Below are positions 39,376-50,484 of a stretch of 64,000 nucleotides of DNA, piece after piece (the first letter of the stretch is position 1; the number at the start of each line of letters is the position of its first letter). The notes beneath the pieces were generated by a model. That model saw only the letters and a program-made list of their open reading frames with translations, did no database searches and had not been told where the DNA came from. Position numbers and translations under genes: made by a program. The DNA is from an uncultured delta proteobacterium (GTDB lineage: Bacteria > Desulfobacterota > BSN033 > UBA1163), in the NCBI GenBank assembly GCA_963827685.1, contig CAWHBU010000005.1:192001-256000 (forward strand), written 5' to 3'.

Positions 39376-40292
39376 CACTTTTTCCTGGAGAGGTGTTCCT
39401 GCCACCAATGTATTGTTTGATTTAGTCCTTCATCTAAATCGAATTCAGGTGACCAACCCAATCGATCTTTTAGAAATCTGACATCCGCCACCACAAGTGG
39501 AGGCTCATTGGCTGGGGCAGGGTTTTCACCAAATTCGATCAAATTATTTCCATTTAATTTTCCTCCAATTTTACAGATGATGTCTTTGAGGGCCACCGGG
39601 GTCCCCGAGGCAATATTGACGGCTCCTGTGATCTCTTTTTCTAACAAGGTGATAAATGCCCGGGCGGCATCCTGAACATAAAGGAAATCCCTAATTTGAT
39701 TACCTTCTGAACAACGTGCAGGTTCCCCTCGCAAAAGGGAGCGAATCACAGAAGGAACCAGCCTTTCGGGGTGCTCCCCGGGACCATAGAGAAAGAAGAG
39801 GCGTCCCCAGACTACACTGACATCCATCTGCCTTGAAAAAGCCTCTGCCATGATGTGAAGAGAGTGTTTGCATACCCCATAAAGCGTAGATGGTCTTATA
39901 GGTGTAATGTTTTCAGAGCAATAACCGTATTGCCAGTCGTATTCTGCGCAGGTTCCAGCTATAACGACACGATATCCACCCAGCTTAACAAAGGACGATA
40001 ACAATACGAGGCTCGATTGAACCCAGCGTAAGTTCTCTAAAGACGTCCAGTATTCCCCATGGGCTGTAAACCAAGCAAAGTGTAAGAGGTGCGTTGGTTT
40101 CACCTTTTCCAAAAGCGCTGAAACATCTCCTGAATCCAGCAGGTCACAATGGTGCCAATGGATATCAGGAAAACCGTCAATCGAACCCCTTGAAGTGACT
40201 GCGTGAACTTCATAACCCTTATCTAATAATAAGGGTAGACAATGACGACCGATAAATCCAGTTGCTCCGGTAACCAAAACCCTTTTCATCAT
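39375..40292 (-). CDS. NAD-dependent NDP-4-keto-6-deoxyhexose reductase/epimerase
   Basis: GATGFIG, HFAW, GTCAEY, YGVCK, RDFLYV. Confidence 0.82.
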   Translation of the reverse strand: MMKRVLVTGATGFIGRHCLPLLLDKGYEVHAVTSRGSIDGFPDIHWHHCDLLDSGDVSALLEKVKPTHLLHFAWFTAHGEYWTSLENLRWVQSSLVLLSSFVKLGGYRVVIAGTCAEYDWQYGYCSENITPIRPSTLYGVCKHSLHIMAEAFSRQMDVSVVWGRLFFLYGPGEHPERLVPSVIRSLLRGEPARCSEGNQIRDFLYVQDAARAFITLLEKEITGAVNIASGTPVALKDIICKIGGKLNGNNLIEFGENPAPANEPPLVVADVRFLKDRLGWSPEFDLDEGLNQTIHWWQEHLSRKK

Positions 40293-40816
40293 ATAAAGTC
40301 TGGGTATTGCTGATCCCCTATGGAGATAATTTGAACATCACCCGGCCAAAAGATCCCAAACGCTGGGTCATTCCAACGTACTCCCCTGGCCCACTCAGGA
40401 TGATGGAACTCGGACATCTGATACAAGACTTCCGTATGATCCTCCAAGGTCTGAAAACCATGTGCAAACCCCTCGGGAATATAGAGAATCCGGCGATTCT
40501 CTTTCGTCAATTGTACCGCTATCCATTGCTTGAAAGTAGACGAATCCGGTCTCAGGTCGATGATCACATCATAGATTGCGCCCATAGTGCAACGCACAAG
40601 TTTGGCTTCCTCATAGGGGGCAGCCTGATAATGCATGCCGCGGAGTGTTCCCTTTTTTTCGTTATAAGAAATATTACACTGGGCAATATTTGGATTTAAG
40701 CCATACTCCTTGAACTCTTTCGCACAGAAACTGCGGGCGAAAAACCCTCTTTCGTCCTCGATGGGGCTTATTTCAATAACATAGGCCTCTTTAAGTTTTG
40801 TTTCATTAAAGATCAT
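40289..40816 (-). CDS. rfbC: dTDP-4-dehydrorhamnose 3,5-epimerase family
   Basis: DERGFF, GTLRGMHYQ, PEGFAHGF, WNDP. Confidence 0.92.
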   Translation of the reverse strand: MIFNETKLKEAYVIEISPIEDERGFFARSFCAKEFKEYGLNPNIAQCNISYNEKKGTLRGMHYQAAPYEEAKLVRCTMGAIYDVIIDLRPDSSTFKQWIAVQLTKENRRILYIPEGFAHGFQTLEDHTEVLYQMSEFHHPEWARGVRWNDPAFGIFWPGDVQIISIGDQQYPDFI

Positions 40817-40817
40817 C

Positions 40818-42041
40818 TTAAATCACTTCTATTTTTGGAATTGGGCTGACAAACTTTCCACCCCACTGCCTGATGAAGGCCATCTGCTCCATAATTTCGT
40901 CTTTGAGATTCCACGGCAAGATGAACAAATAATCTGGTTTTGTCTCCTTGACCTTATTCGGTTCTTCAATGGGAATATGGCTTCCGGGGAGGAAGTGTCC
41001 TTGTTTGTACGGATTTCTATCCACTGTGTAATCAATAAAATCTCTTTTAATCCCACAGTAATTCAGCAATGTGTTCCCTTTTGCAGGGGCCCCGTAACCC
41101 ACAATCCTTTTGCCATCCCTCTTTGCCTGGATCAGAAACTTCAGAATGTCGATTTTGATCGCTTCCACTTTCTCTTGAAAACCGAGATAATGATGAATAT
41201 GTGCGTAACCGGCCTCCATTTCTTTTTGCTTCAACCGATGAACTCGCTCAGCAACCGGTCTCGTTTTGTCTTCCGTGTGCCGTGCATAAATCCGGAGAGA
41301 ACCCCCGTGGGTGGCCAATTCATCCACATCAAAGAGGGTAAGGCCATGGGCATGAAAAATCTTATCGACCGTTAGGAATGAAAAGTAAGAGAAATGCTCA
41401 TGATAAACCGTATCAAACTGCGTTTCCTCTATGAGCCTCAACAGATGAGGAAATTCCATGGTAATAATCCCGCGAGGCTTCAAGAGTATCTTCAATCCCG
41501 TGACAAAATCGTTCAGGTTTGGCACATGAGCCAGTACATTATTTCCCAACAAAAGGTCCGCATGCTTCCCCTCAGAAGCCAGTCGTCTTGCTGTCTGGGT
41601 TCCAAAAAATACGATTTCTGTGGGGACACCTTTTTGCTTCGCGACTTCTGCAACATTACGAGCTGGTTCGATTCCAAGTACCGGTATCCCCTTTTCTGCA
41701 AAATATTGTAATAAATAACCATCATTGCTGGCAATCTCAACCACAAAAGAATTCCTATCGATTCGAAAAAGACGGATCATGGAATCTACATATTCTTTAG
41801 CATGTTTTAGCCACGTGTCCGAGTAAGAAGAAAAATAGGCATAATCACCAAAGATATTCTCTGGAGTTTCATATTCTTGCAATTGGACCAAAAAACAGGA
41901 GTCACAGACATAAACCTCTAATGGATAAAACACTTCTTTTTCACGCAATTGTTCTCTTGTAAGATAAGAATTCGAAAGCGGAAAGGAACCGAGAGATAAA
42001 AAGAGGTGTGTGAGGGGTTGATTACAGAATCGACACTGCAT
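40818..42041 (-). CDS. NDP-hexose C-methyltransferase (EryBIII/TylCIII-like)
   Basis: CRFC...CDSC, EIASNDGYLL, NVLAHVP, YHEHFSY, HGGSLR, YGAPAKG. Confidence 0.88.
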   Translation of the reverse strand: MQCRFCNQPLTHLFLSLGSFPLSNSYLTREQLREKEVFYPLEVYVCDSCFLVQLQEYETPENIFGDYAYFSSYSDTWLKHAKEYVDSMIRLFRIDRNSFVVEIASNDGYLLQYFAEKGIPVLGIEPARNVAEVAKQKGVPTEIVFFGTQTARRLASEGKHADLLLGNNVLAHVPNLNDFVTGLKILLKPRGIITMEFPHLLRLIEETQFDTVYHEHFSYFSFLTVDKIFHAHGLTLFDVDELATHGGSLRIYARHTEDKTRPVAERVHRLKQKEMEAGYAHIHHYLGFQEKVEAIKIDILKFLIQAKRDGKRIVGYGAPAKGNTLLNYCGIKRDFIDYTVDRNPYKQGHFLPGSHIPIEEPNKVKETKPDYLFILPWNLKDEIMEQMAFIRQWGGKFVSPIPKIEVI

Positions 42042-42053
42042 CTTGAATGACCC

Positions 42054-43130
42054 TCATTTCTTAAGCCCTTCCTCGTAGTCCCCAATCTGGTTTATGGTCG
42101 TCATGAACACATTGTCATGATTACGATATGCCTTATACCACTCAATTGTTTTCTTTAACCCAGTCTCCAGATCCCATTGCGGATACCATCCAAGTTCTAA
42201 TTTCGCTTTGGAGCAGTCTAATTTTAGGGTATGCGCTTCGTATGGGTGAAAACTTTGATCAACTTCCCAACAAGCCTTTCCTCCCCACATCTGAACGATC
42301 CTCTCAACAATCCACCTCACGGGCTTCGCGCTCTCGTCCTCTGGCCCAAAATTCCATGCACCACCAAACGTAGGTCCATCCTCATAAAGATGTTGACCCA
42401 GTACCAGGTAACCGAAAAGTGGTTCCAGAACATGCTGCCATGGGCGGATAGCATCGGGATAGCGAATAACAATGGGCCTATTTTCCAACAAAGCCTTCAT
42501 GCAGTCAGGAAGGAGCCTATCTTCCGCCCAATCACCCCCACCGATGACATTCCCCGATCTCACTGAGGCCACAGACGCACCATGCTTTTCATAATGGTCA
42601 GGATTGAAATAAGATTTCGTATAAGCTGCCGTGATGAGTTCAGCGCATCCCTTACTTGAACTATACGGATCATGTCCACCCATGGGGTCATTTTCTCTGT
42701 ATCCCCAGACCCACTCTCGATTCTCATAACATTTATCGCTGGTCACATTGATGATAACCCTTACTCCTCCTATTTGACGGACAGTCTCCAACAGATGGAC
42801 AGTACCCATTACATTTGTAGAATATGTCTCAAGAGGGTCAGAATAGGAACGCCTAACGAGTGCCTGGGCAGCTAAATGGAAAATTATTTCAGGCTTATAT
42901 TTTTGAATAACACTCTTAAGATGCCCAAAATCTCGCACGTCCCCTTCAATGGAGGTTACCTTTGTATTGAGATTACACAATTCAAAAAGGCTTGGCTGGG
43001 TAGGAGCTTTCAAGGCATAACCGATGACGTTTGATCCTAAATGATGCAGCCATAGGGATAGCCAAGCTCCCTTAAAACCCGTATGGCCTGTAATGAGGAC
43101 TGTACGATTTCGATAAGTATGTTCAAACAC
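42054..43130 (-). CDS. rfbG: CDP-glucose 4,6-dehydratase
   Basis: GHTGFKG, HLAAQ, TSDKCY, DPYSSSK, RPWQHVLEPL. Confidence 0.95.
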   Translation of the reverse strand: MFEHTYRNRTVLITGHTGFKGAWLSLWLHHLGSNVIGYALKAPTQPSLFELCNLNTKVTSIEGDVRDFGHLKSVIQKYKPEIIFHLAAQALVRRSYSDPLETYSTNVMGTVHLLETVRQIGGVRVIINVTSDKCYENREWVWGYRENDPMGGHDPYSSSKGCAELITAAYTKSYFNPDHYEKHGASVASVRSGNVIGGGDWAEDRLLPDCMKALLENRPIVIRYPDAIRPWQHVLEPLFGYLVLGQHLYEDGPTFGGAWNFGPEDESAKPVRWIVERIVQMWGGKACWEVDQSFHPYEAHTLKLDCSKAKLELGWYPQWDLETGLKKTIEWYKAYRNHDNVFMTTINQIGDYEEGLKK

Positions 43131-43131
43131 G

Positions 43132-43899
43132 TTACCAAACCTTCCATGGAGGTTTTCCGCTATGCCATAGACTCTCTAATAGCCTGACATCCCGAAGCGT
43201 ATCCATGCTTTGCCAGAAGCCTTCATGACGATAGGCAACCAGTTGGCGGTCAGCCGCCAGACGTTCCAACGCGTCAGCCTCCAAACTGCTATGATCTCCT
43301 TCCAAATAGTTGAAAATCGTCGGCTCAAAAACCAAAAATCCTCCATTGATCCATCCTTCACCGATCTGAGGCTTCTCGGTAAATTGCGTTGCAAGGTTGC
43401 CATCGAAGATCAGACCGCCAAAACGGGCGGGTGGGCGAACTGCCGTCACCGTTGCCAACCCTCCTTGAGAGCGATGGAACCGCATCAGATCGTTGAGATC
43501 AACGTCACTCACGCCATCTCCATAAGTGACCATGAATGTTTCGTTTTTTAGCCAAGGCTCCAAGCGCTTTACGCGGCCGCCAGTAAGTGTATTCATACCT
43601 GTGTCAATGAGATTCACTATCCAGTCTTCGCATGCTTTATTGTGAACTTCCACCTTACCATTCGGCAGATGAACAGTCAGATTTCCATTTAATGTGTAGT
43701 AGTCCAGAAAGTAGCGTTTGACGATCTCACCTTTGTAGCCCAAGGCAATGAAGAATTCCTTAAAACCGTAGTGGGCATAATGTTTCATGATGTGCCAAAG
43801 GATTGGCCGTCCACCGATCTCCACCATCGGCTTAGGTTTAACTTCTGTCTCTTCGGCCAGACGTGAGCCAAAACCACCAGCGAGAATGACAATTTTCAT
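43132..43899 (-). CDS. rfbF: Glucose-1-phosphate cytidylyltransferase
   Basis: LAGGFGSRLAEET..KPKPMVEIG, TYGDG, INGGF, MDTLRD. Confidence 0.95.
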   Translation of the reverse strand: MKIVILAGGFGSRLAEETEVKPKPMVEIGGRPILWHIMKHYAHYGFKEFFIALGYKGEIVKRYFLDYYTLNGNLTVHLPNGKVEVHNKACEDWIVNLIDTGMNTLTGGRVKRLEPWLKNETFMVTYGDGVSDVDLNDLMRFHRSQGGLATVTAVRPPARFGGLIFDGNLATQFTEKPQIGEGWINGGFLVFEPTIFNYLEGDHSSLEADALERLAADRQLVAYRHEGFWQSMDTLRDVRLLESLWHSGKPPWKVW

Positions 43900-43992
43900 A
43901 GGATGTCCTATTATTTTTTAGCACTAATTTAACGCTTTTCTGCTGAAGAATCAACATCTTCTAAATAAAAGAATAGTTTCTTTATCGTTAAT

Positions 43993-45553
43993 TTATCCCT
44001 TTCTATCAAATATTTCTTCTTTGAGTTTCCATAGACTAAGTTCATTATTATTAAATATTAGCTCAAAATATTGAGACGCGGAGAGCCTCTGGACAAACGA
44101 AATGGGATACCCTCTTAAATGGCGTCTTTCTTCATCATCGTAAATTGTGGCCTTTTTAATTGAAATATAATGGACGCTATTCTTTACTAATAAACTTTTA
44201 GTTAATTCGCTATTCCCCCAGAAAACGTTTTCCAAATGCCAGAAATTCGAACCCCAAACGATTCTTCTGTTTGTATACTCCGTTAAATTATATTCAGTGT
44301 ACATGATGATAGCGTCCTCAGCAGTATTCCCTTTAATATAATTGATCCCCTCCTGAATTGCCGGCGTGATACGGCGTTGGGAATAGACATAGCCTAATAC
44401 ACCTAAAAACTGGACCAAACAAATCGCTAAGAATAGTATTTTGAGTCTCTTCTTATCCCAAAAAACGATCCCTCTCGATGCGATCACACATAAGAAGGGG
44501 GGAAATGGGCAAGAGGTATCGAATATCTGCATCAATATTGAAAAAGAATATGAAAAATAGAAAATAGAAAAAGATGGGGATCCAGAGCAACCCATCCTTT
44601 CTCAAAAACTTCTTCTTGAATAGATAAATGACCAAAAGTGAAAGGAGAGGCAATCCGAAATATTTTAGTTGATCTTTAACACTGAGAAATGTTGAGTTGT
44701 GGGCATAGGAAACCTTTTCGACGGATTCTTTTGGGGAATGTCTTTCAGGAGTCACCCAATTATTTATATTCCTGGATACTCCAGAAGTAAAGCTCTTCAA
44801 TGTCGTCCGGGCATTCCCCATCCAATGTTCTTCTTTAGAGGCATGTTTCTCTCTCCAATAGATATCAGGCAGAATGACTAATAAGGAAGCAAATGAAAAA
44901 ATTACTATTTTCGTTAGAAATTTATTTCTATAATTGAGAAAGAGGATGATAAGCAGAAAAGGGATCCCAAAAACCACACCACTCCATTTCGTAAAGTACA
45001 TGAGCCCGAATCCAAGTCCTGCAAACAGATGCTTCCTCCTTAGAATTAAAAAGAAGGTTAAAGTAGTCAGGGCAGCCAGCGGGACATCCACATAAAACAA
45101 TATTCCAAAACTGATGATCATCGGCACCGTGCCCACCAAGATCATCGAATATTTTCCTTCTTCTTCCCCATAAATCTCTTTACCCAACAGATAAGTTGAA
45201 AAGAGTAAAAGAGCATAATAGATCGTATGATAAACCTGCGCCAAGGGGAAGGAGATCCTTCCTGCGATCTTCCACAAAAAAGCCAAAAGAATGTGCCATA
45301 GAGGGGGAATTAGGTAGTCAACCTGATTCGCATAATTCTTTCCAAAAAGAGGATCAAAGGTGATTCTTTCTCCCTGGTTGAATATCCCCTTGGCAAATCG
45401 GTAATGGGTAATCTCATCCCCCAAATATAACTTGGAGTTTAAACCCACCACCATCACCCCTAATGAAAAAAAGAGGATAATTGCCCAAACCCTTTTCCCC
45501 CCGGAAATTGTATAGGTCTCTTTCTTAAACGACATCGTCGCCTTTCTATTCAA
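43993..45553 (-). pseudogene. GT-C (ArnT/PMT-like, GT39) membrane glycosyltransferase, frameshifted
   Basis: GDE..H, PPLWH, YVD, RYLLP. The frame breaks at a G6 run (44497-44502); removing one base gives PISPFLCVIAS and continues to 43993. Confidence 0.75.
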
Positions 45554-45718
45554 TCCTAAGAGAATTTATTTTGTCTCAGGGCTGAGAAGATCCACTACCT
45601 CTATCACCTTTTCGTACATTAGATAGAAATTATTCTTAGGACTTGAATCAGCAACGACTGAACGAAAGAGGATTCTATTCATTTCTTTTTGGATGGTTCA
45701 GCCGGCAAGTATAGGATT

Positions 45719-46213
45719 TCAGGGGCAGTGACCAACAAAATCCTTGATCGTTTTGATCAAAGTGTCTCTCTCGGCATACGGCTTTCCCTTACCGACTTTT
45801 CCTCTTCTTTCCAGCATCTCTTTTACCGCTGATTCGAGGTCCTCTATATCATAGACGACTTTTATCAAATCATTCCCGACCAACCGTTGTGCGAGCTCCA
45901 CCTGATGGTCATCAACATGCTCTCCATAATGGTGCCTCCTTGGGACCACGATGATGGGAATTTGAAATTTCAGGGCATTCAAGATTGTCCCTGTTCCCCC
46001 GTGCCCAACGACCAACAAGGCTTTTTGAAAATATGAGAGATTTTCTTGATAAGAGGCGTAACGAAAATATTTGGCATTTTGTGGTTCATAGGGGACGGTT
46101 CCAATTTGCATGATCACTTCCTTGTCGATCTTCCCTGCAATTTCGTCCATCTTATTGATCAGTCGTGTGAATTCTATCCCTTTTACGGCTGACCCCAATG
46201 TGACGAAAATCAT
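45719..46213 (-). CDS. PssE/CpsG-type glycosyltransferase (GT28 C-terminal, Alg13-like)
   Basis: MIFVTLG, HGGTGT, VPRR..YGEHVDDHQ. Confidence 0.9.
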   Translation of the reverse strand: MIFVTLGSAVKGIEFTRLINKMDEIAGKIDKEVIMQIGTVPYEPQNAKYFRYASYQENLSYFQKALLVVGHGGTGTILNALKFQIPIIVVPRRHHYGEHVDDHQVELAQRLVGNDLIKVVYDIEDLESAVKEMLERRGKVGKGKPYAERDTLIKTIKDFVGHCP

Positions 46214-46716
46214 ATTAGCCTCCCTCCATAGACGGCTTTGGGACCCGCCTTTTTCAAAAGCTCAGGCCATTGGACAAGAAACAGGTCCACAATCGGATAA
46301 AGGACTTTCCCTGCATAGGACAAGTCTTTCACCCGGGTCAATGTTTCGAGATAGATTAACCTTGTTCGGAAGAATATTTTTCCTATATAAAATGCTGGAA
46401 CGGCAATTTCTGCCCCTGTAGAAAAAAGAATGGATGGTTTCTCCTTCCAGAAGATCCAGATGAACTGAAATAGGTTTATAATGGCGGTGAGAAATACGGC
46501 GAACAAGGATGAGTATCCCAAAAGAATCCTCAACCGATAAATTCTCTTGACCTCCTCCAACTGAATTTCCCTGAGACTGGGGAAGTTATGAACAATCAAA
46601 AAGACATCATACCCTTTAAATGCTCCTATGATGCTTAAAGCCTCGGTCAGATGACCTCCACTTCCAGTAACAATACCTATCCTCCTCATCGGCATCTGGC
46701 CTTTTCCGTCACACAT
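46210..46716 (-). CDS. PssD/CpsF-type glycosyltransferase subunit (Alg14-like)
   Basis: SGGHL, STGAEIAVP, FLVQWP. Confidence 0.9.
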   Translation of the reverse strand: MCDGKGQMPMRRIGIVTGSGGHLTEALSIIGAFKGYDVFLIVHNFPSLREIQLEEVKRIYRLRILLGYSSLFAVFLTAIINLFQFIWIFWKEKPSILFSTGAEIAVPAFYIGKIFFRTRLIYLETLTRVKDLSYAGKVLYPIVDLFLVQWPELLKKAGPKAVYGGRLI

Positions 46717-46723
46717 TTGTTCT

Positions 46724-47293
46724 TTAAGCTTCTCCCCTTCTTTTAATCACTTTGACCGGGACACCTGCCGCGACACTATAAGGCGGAATATTTTTATTCA
46801 CAATGGAGCCAGCCCCAATCACAGACCCCTTCCCTATTGTCACCCCTTTGATAATGACACAATGAGAGGCAATCCAAACATCTTCCTCAATGCTAACCTC
46901 CTTGCCATTCATCCCCTGCTGGTTAATGGGAAGGTCTGAATTTTCAAAACGATGATCTAAATCTACGATGATATTCTGAGGACCTATAATTACATTGTCC
47001 CCAATCCTTATTCCCACGCCGCTGTAGATCACACTCCCCTCCCCAATATGGACTCCATTCCCTATTTCGATCTTTCCTTCCGGAGTCGTGCTAATCGTTA
47101 CCCCCCTGAGAATCCGAACATCATCCCCAATCGTTACGGCACCCGGAGAGTTCCCAACGATTCGAATGCCTTCGTAAAATTTTACATTCTTTCCAATCTT
47201 TCCCCCCATCGAATGGATGGCCGCTTTCCAGAACCAATATCGAAGGCTAAAACCGATGTTGAAATAAAGAAATTTTAGAATTCTCCCCAACAT
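46724..47293 (-). CDS. Hexapeptide-repeat O-acyltransferase
   Basis: Left-handed beta-helix repeats, EEDVWI, GVTIGKGSVIGAGS, GVPVK. Confidence 0.88.
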   Translation of the reverse strand: MLGRILKFLYFNIGFSLRYWFWKAAIHSMGGKIGKNVKFYEGIRIVGNSPGAVTIGDDVRILRGVTISTTPEGKIEIGNGVHIGEGSVIYSGVGIRIGDNVIIGPQNIIVDLDHRFENSDLPINQQGMNGKEVSIEEDVWIASHCVIIKGVTIGKGSVIGAGSIVNKNIPPYSVAAGVPVKVIKRRGEA

Positions 47294-47304
47294 AAAATAT
47301 CCTT

Positions 47305-48273
47305 TTAATTTTTAAATCCATCCTTTTTCCAATAACTGGTAATAATGGCTCCTCGTCGTAAACTACTCTCCAACTGCGCGAAGGGACCCGTCAGGAGAGT
47401 AAATAATATCCAGGCCAACCTCTGAAAGAAAGGACTTTCCCCTCGGTGCTCTTTTCCCCAGGCTTTTTGTGGATCGAGATTGGGAAAGAGAGAGATCACC
47501 AAAGTCGGCGGATGCCACCAGTTCATAAAATGATCCATCTTCGCCGCGGTAAACCCAACCTTGCCCAATAATAAACTGAGTGTTTCTGCCCTGAAATAGT
47601 AGAGGTCTCTTGGGACATCGAAGGCCGCCCATCTCTTTTTAAAGATTTTGTACTGTATAGAGTTGCTGTTCGGGACCTGAATAATTAAAAACCCTTCTTT
47701 CTTTAGGATTCGATGGATTTCTTTTATCACCCTCGCGGGACTATGCGTATGCTCGAGCACATTATAAAGAGTAACGAGATCGAAGAATTCATCTGAAAAA
47801 TTGGCCGACAACAGATCTCCCTTTAGAACATTCAGGTTAAGATGTTGTTTCGCATAGTTCGCCGAATCAGAGGTCTCGACGCCGAAAGTTTCAAAGCCTT
47901 TGCTTCTGAATACATCGAGTCGATCGCCCGCGCCACACCCCACATCTAAGACCTTGCCGGAATTCTTGTCCGTAAATATTACCACTTTCGAGACCTCATC
48001 CTGAAGGAGATGATAGCGGTAGCTTTTCTCCAACCTCCTCACCCATTTTGTAAGAAATGAGTCCGCCTCCAGTGTCTCCTTCCAGGAATAGGTTTCTGGG
48101 TAGAATTTCCCTATTTCTGTCTCAGTAGGTCTCGGGTTCACATAGAGAAGCCCACACTGCCTGCACTCCACCACCTGAAATTGATCATCGCTGATGCCGA
48201 GCTTATCTTTCTTCTTAAAAATAACCTGGGTGTTATCAAGATCACATAGGTCACAGTTCACGTACTCCATCAA
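47305..48273 (-). CDS. Class I SAM methyltransferase with N-terminal zinc ribbon
   Basis: CDLC...CRQC, VLDVGCGAG, VLEH, QVPN. Confidence 0.85.
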   Translation of the reverse strand: MMEYVNCDLCDLDNTQVIFKKKDKLGISDDQFQVVECRQCGLLYVNPRPTETEIGKFYPETYSWKETLEADSFLTKWVRRLEKSYRYHLLQDEVSKVVIFTDKNSGKVLDVGCGAGDRLDVFRSKGFETFGVETSDSANYAKQHLNLNVLKGDLLSANFSDEFFDLVTLYNVLEHTHSPARVIKEIHRILKKEGFLIIQVPNSNSIQYKIFKKRWAAFDVPRDLYYFRAETLSLLLGKVGFTAAKMDHFMNWWHPPTLVISLFPNLDPQKAWGKEHRGESPFFQRLAWILFTLLTGPFAQLESSLRRGAIITSYWKKDGFKN

Positions 48274-49403
48274 TATTCTCTTTTCCCAAACCCCCTGATT
48301 TCCTGGATAATAGAATCGACCTCTTCGTCCTTTAAATCGGGGAAGAGAGGGAGAGTTAATAATTTTTTCCAGACGGAATCTGAGATGGGGGTTTCGCCTC
48401 TGAAAGGATGGTACATTTCATAATGATTATTGGGGATATAATGAACCCCTGTCGAAATCCCTTTCCCTTGCAAATAAATATTGAGTTGATCTCTCTTATC
48501 GACTTTGATCACGTAGTTGTGATGCGAAGGCTTTGCATAGGATCTAATGACAGGAGTTTCCAGCCATTTTAAACGTTTGAGGCCTTCGTTATATTCCTCC
48601 GTAATCTCTTTACGTCTCTGATTCATCTTGTCCAGTTTCTTGAGTTGAACCAGCCCGATGGCGGCCGGGATATCATTCATATGGTATTTGAAACCCACTT
48701 CCTCCACGTTATAATACCAGGAATATCTCTCATCCTTCTCTTCTCTCGACCAGGTATCCTTCGATATTCCCATCCATCTCAGCTTGAGTAGTCGCCCGTA
48801 TAATTTCGGATCGTCCGTGGTGATCATCCCTCCTTCACCCGTCGACATGTTCTTTACCGCATGAAAACTGAAGCACGCAAGATCTCCCAGCGAGCCCAAT
48901 TTCTGCCCTTTATATTCTCCACCACAACCGTGGGCCGCGTCCTCTACCACATGGATGCCTCTCTCTTTGGCGAGATCCAGAATGGCGTCCATATCGCAGG
49001 CGTGTCCGCCGTAATGGACGACGACAATGGCTTTTGTCTTCGAAGTGACCTGTTTCTTCACCTGCATGGGATCTATGTTAAGTGTATCCGGTTCGATGTC
49101 TGCGAAGACGGGAATTCCACTGTTATAGAGGATGGCATGGTTGGTTGAAATAAACGTCATAGGGGTGGTGATCACTTCCATGTCTTTAATCTCGAGAACT
49201 TTCAATGCCAGATGGAGGGCAGCCGTTCCTGAGTTGAGAGCCACTGCGAATCTTGTGCCGATATATTCAGCAAACCTTTCCTCAAACTCTCTGGTCTTTG
49301 GACCCAAACCGATCCATCCCGTTTCGAAAGGTTCCCGTAGGGCTTCCAATTCTTCTTCGCCGAATGAAGGCTTGAACACAGGTATCATGAACCCCTCTGT
49401 CAC
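48270..49403 (-). CDS. DegT/DnrJ/EryC1/StrS aminotransferase
   Basis: NSGTAALH, EDAAH, FSFHAVKNMSTGEGG (Lys type). Confidence 0.9.
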   Translation of the reverse strand: MTEGFMIPVFKPSFGEEELEALREPFETGWIGLGPKTREFEERFAEYIGTRFAVALNSGTAALHLALKVLEIKDMEVITTPMTFISTNHAILYNSGIPVFADIEPDTLNIDPMQVKKQVTSKTKAIVVVHYGGHACDMDAILDLAKERGIHVVEDAAHGCGGEYKGQKLGSLGDLACFSFHAVKNMSTGEGGMITTDDPKLYGRLLKLRWMGISKDTWSREEKDERYSWYYNVEEVGFKYHMNDIPAAIGLVQLKKLDKMNQRRKEITEEYNEGLKRLKWLETPVIRSYAKPSHHNYVIKVDKRDQLNIYLQGKGISTGVHYIPNNHYEMYHPFRGETPISDSVWKKLLTLPLFPDLKDEEVDSIIQEIRGFGKREY

Positions 49404-50431
49404 TCACTCAAGGCAATTTCCCTTGCAGAGATTCCGAATCGTTTTATCAATCGATAGACCTCCCGGTTGGTGATGCGTTTCTTTTGTTGGATCATTTTTC
49501 TCTTTTCGAGCATCAACGGAAGCTTTTTCCATACAGAGAGGTAGACTTTCAGCAATATCTTCACCAGTTCTGTTTTAGAAAAATCACTTGTGAACTGGCC
49601 CGCCGCCCCTTTGCCTTTCAAGGCACCATAGGCCTGGAAGGCATATCTCCACAGCGTATAAAATTGGCCGAGAATGATTAGGGAAACGGGAAAGTTCTTC
49701 AACGCCACCCAGATCCGATTCCTCTCGACCAAAAAGGCTTTAAAAGCGGAAACCCTTCCTCCGGAGCTGGTAGAATGGTGATGATAAACAACGGCTTTCG
49801 GGCTATAGATGCATTTCCATCCCGCCAGCTGCGCTCTCCACCCCATATCCGTCTCATCCGCATAAGCAAAAAAATCTTCATCATACAAACCGATGTCTTC
49901 TAACATCTCTCGTCGATAGAGACAAGCACAATCGCTGGCAAAGAATATTTCTTCCTCTTCGCCATATCGGTCTCTCTTTTCAAGTCTTCCCCTACCGAAA
50001 GAAAGTCCATCCGGGCAAACCACAATACCTACCCCATCAATGACGTCGGGCTCACTTTCCAAAAGGATTTTGGAAGCACAAGCACCATAGTTTTTATCTT
50101 TCTCAATGGATCTTTTCAACTCTTCTACACATTTCGGATCCAACCGGGTATCATTATTTAAAATCATGATATATTTTCCCTGAGACGCCAGAATCCCGAT
50201 ATTATTTCCAGCACCAAAGCCGAGGTTTTTTTCATTGATAATCAGATTGACATCCTGGAATTTCTCCTTCAAGAAATCCACCGAGCCATCAGTGGACGCA
50301 TTATCCACCACGATAATTTCTAAAGGTCGATAGGTCTGATTATAGAGAGACCTTAAACAATTGTCCAGCACAAGATACCCATTCCAATTAAGAACCACCG
50401 CGCTGATGAGGGGGAAATCCTGGTTAGTCAT
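49400..50431 (-). CDS. GT2 glycosyltransferase
   Basis: VDNASTDG, NLGFGAGNN, LNND, YADETD. Confidence 0.88.
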   Translation of the reverse strand: MTNQDFPLISAVVLNWNGYLVLDNCLRSLYNQTYRPLEIIVVDNASTDGSVDFLKEKFQDVNLIINEKNLGFGAGNNIGILASQGKYIMILNNDTRLDPKCVEELKRSIEKDKNYGACASKILLESEPDVIDGVGIVVCPDGLSFGRGRLEKRDRYGEEEEIFFASDCACLYRREMLEDIGLYDEDFFAYADETDMGWRAQLAGWKCIYSPKAVVYHHHSTSSGGRVSAFKAFLVERNRIWVALKNFPVSLIILGQFYTLWRYAFQAYGALKGKGAAGQFTSDFSKTELVKILLKVYLSVWKKLPLMLEKRKMIQQKKRITNREVYRLIKRFGISAREIALSE

Positions 50432-50484
50432 CCGTTCACAACCTTTCGCATTGAACCAAAAAGAGATTACGCGTTGTAATGCCC

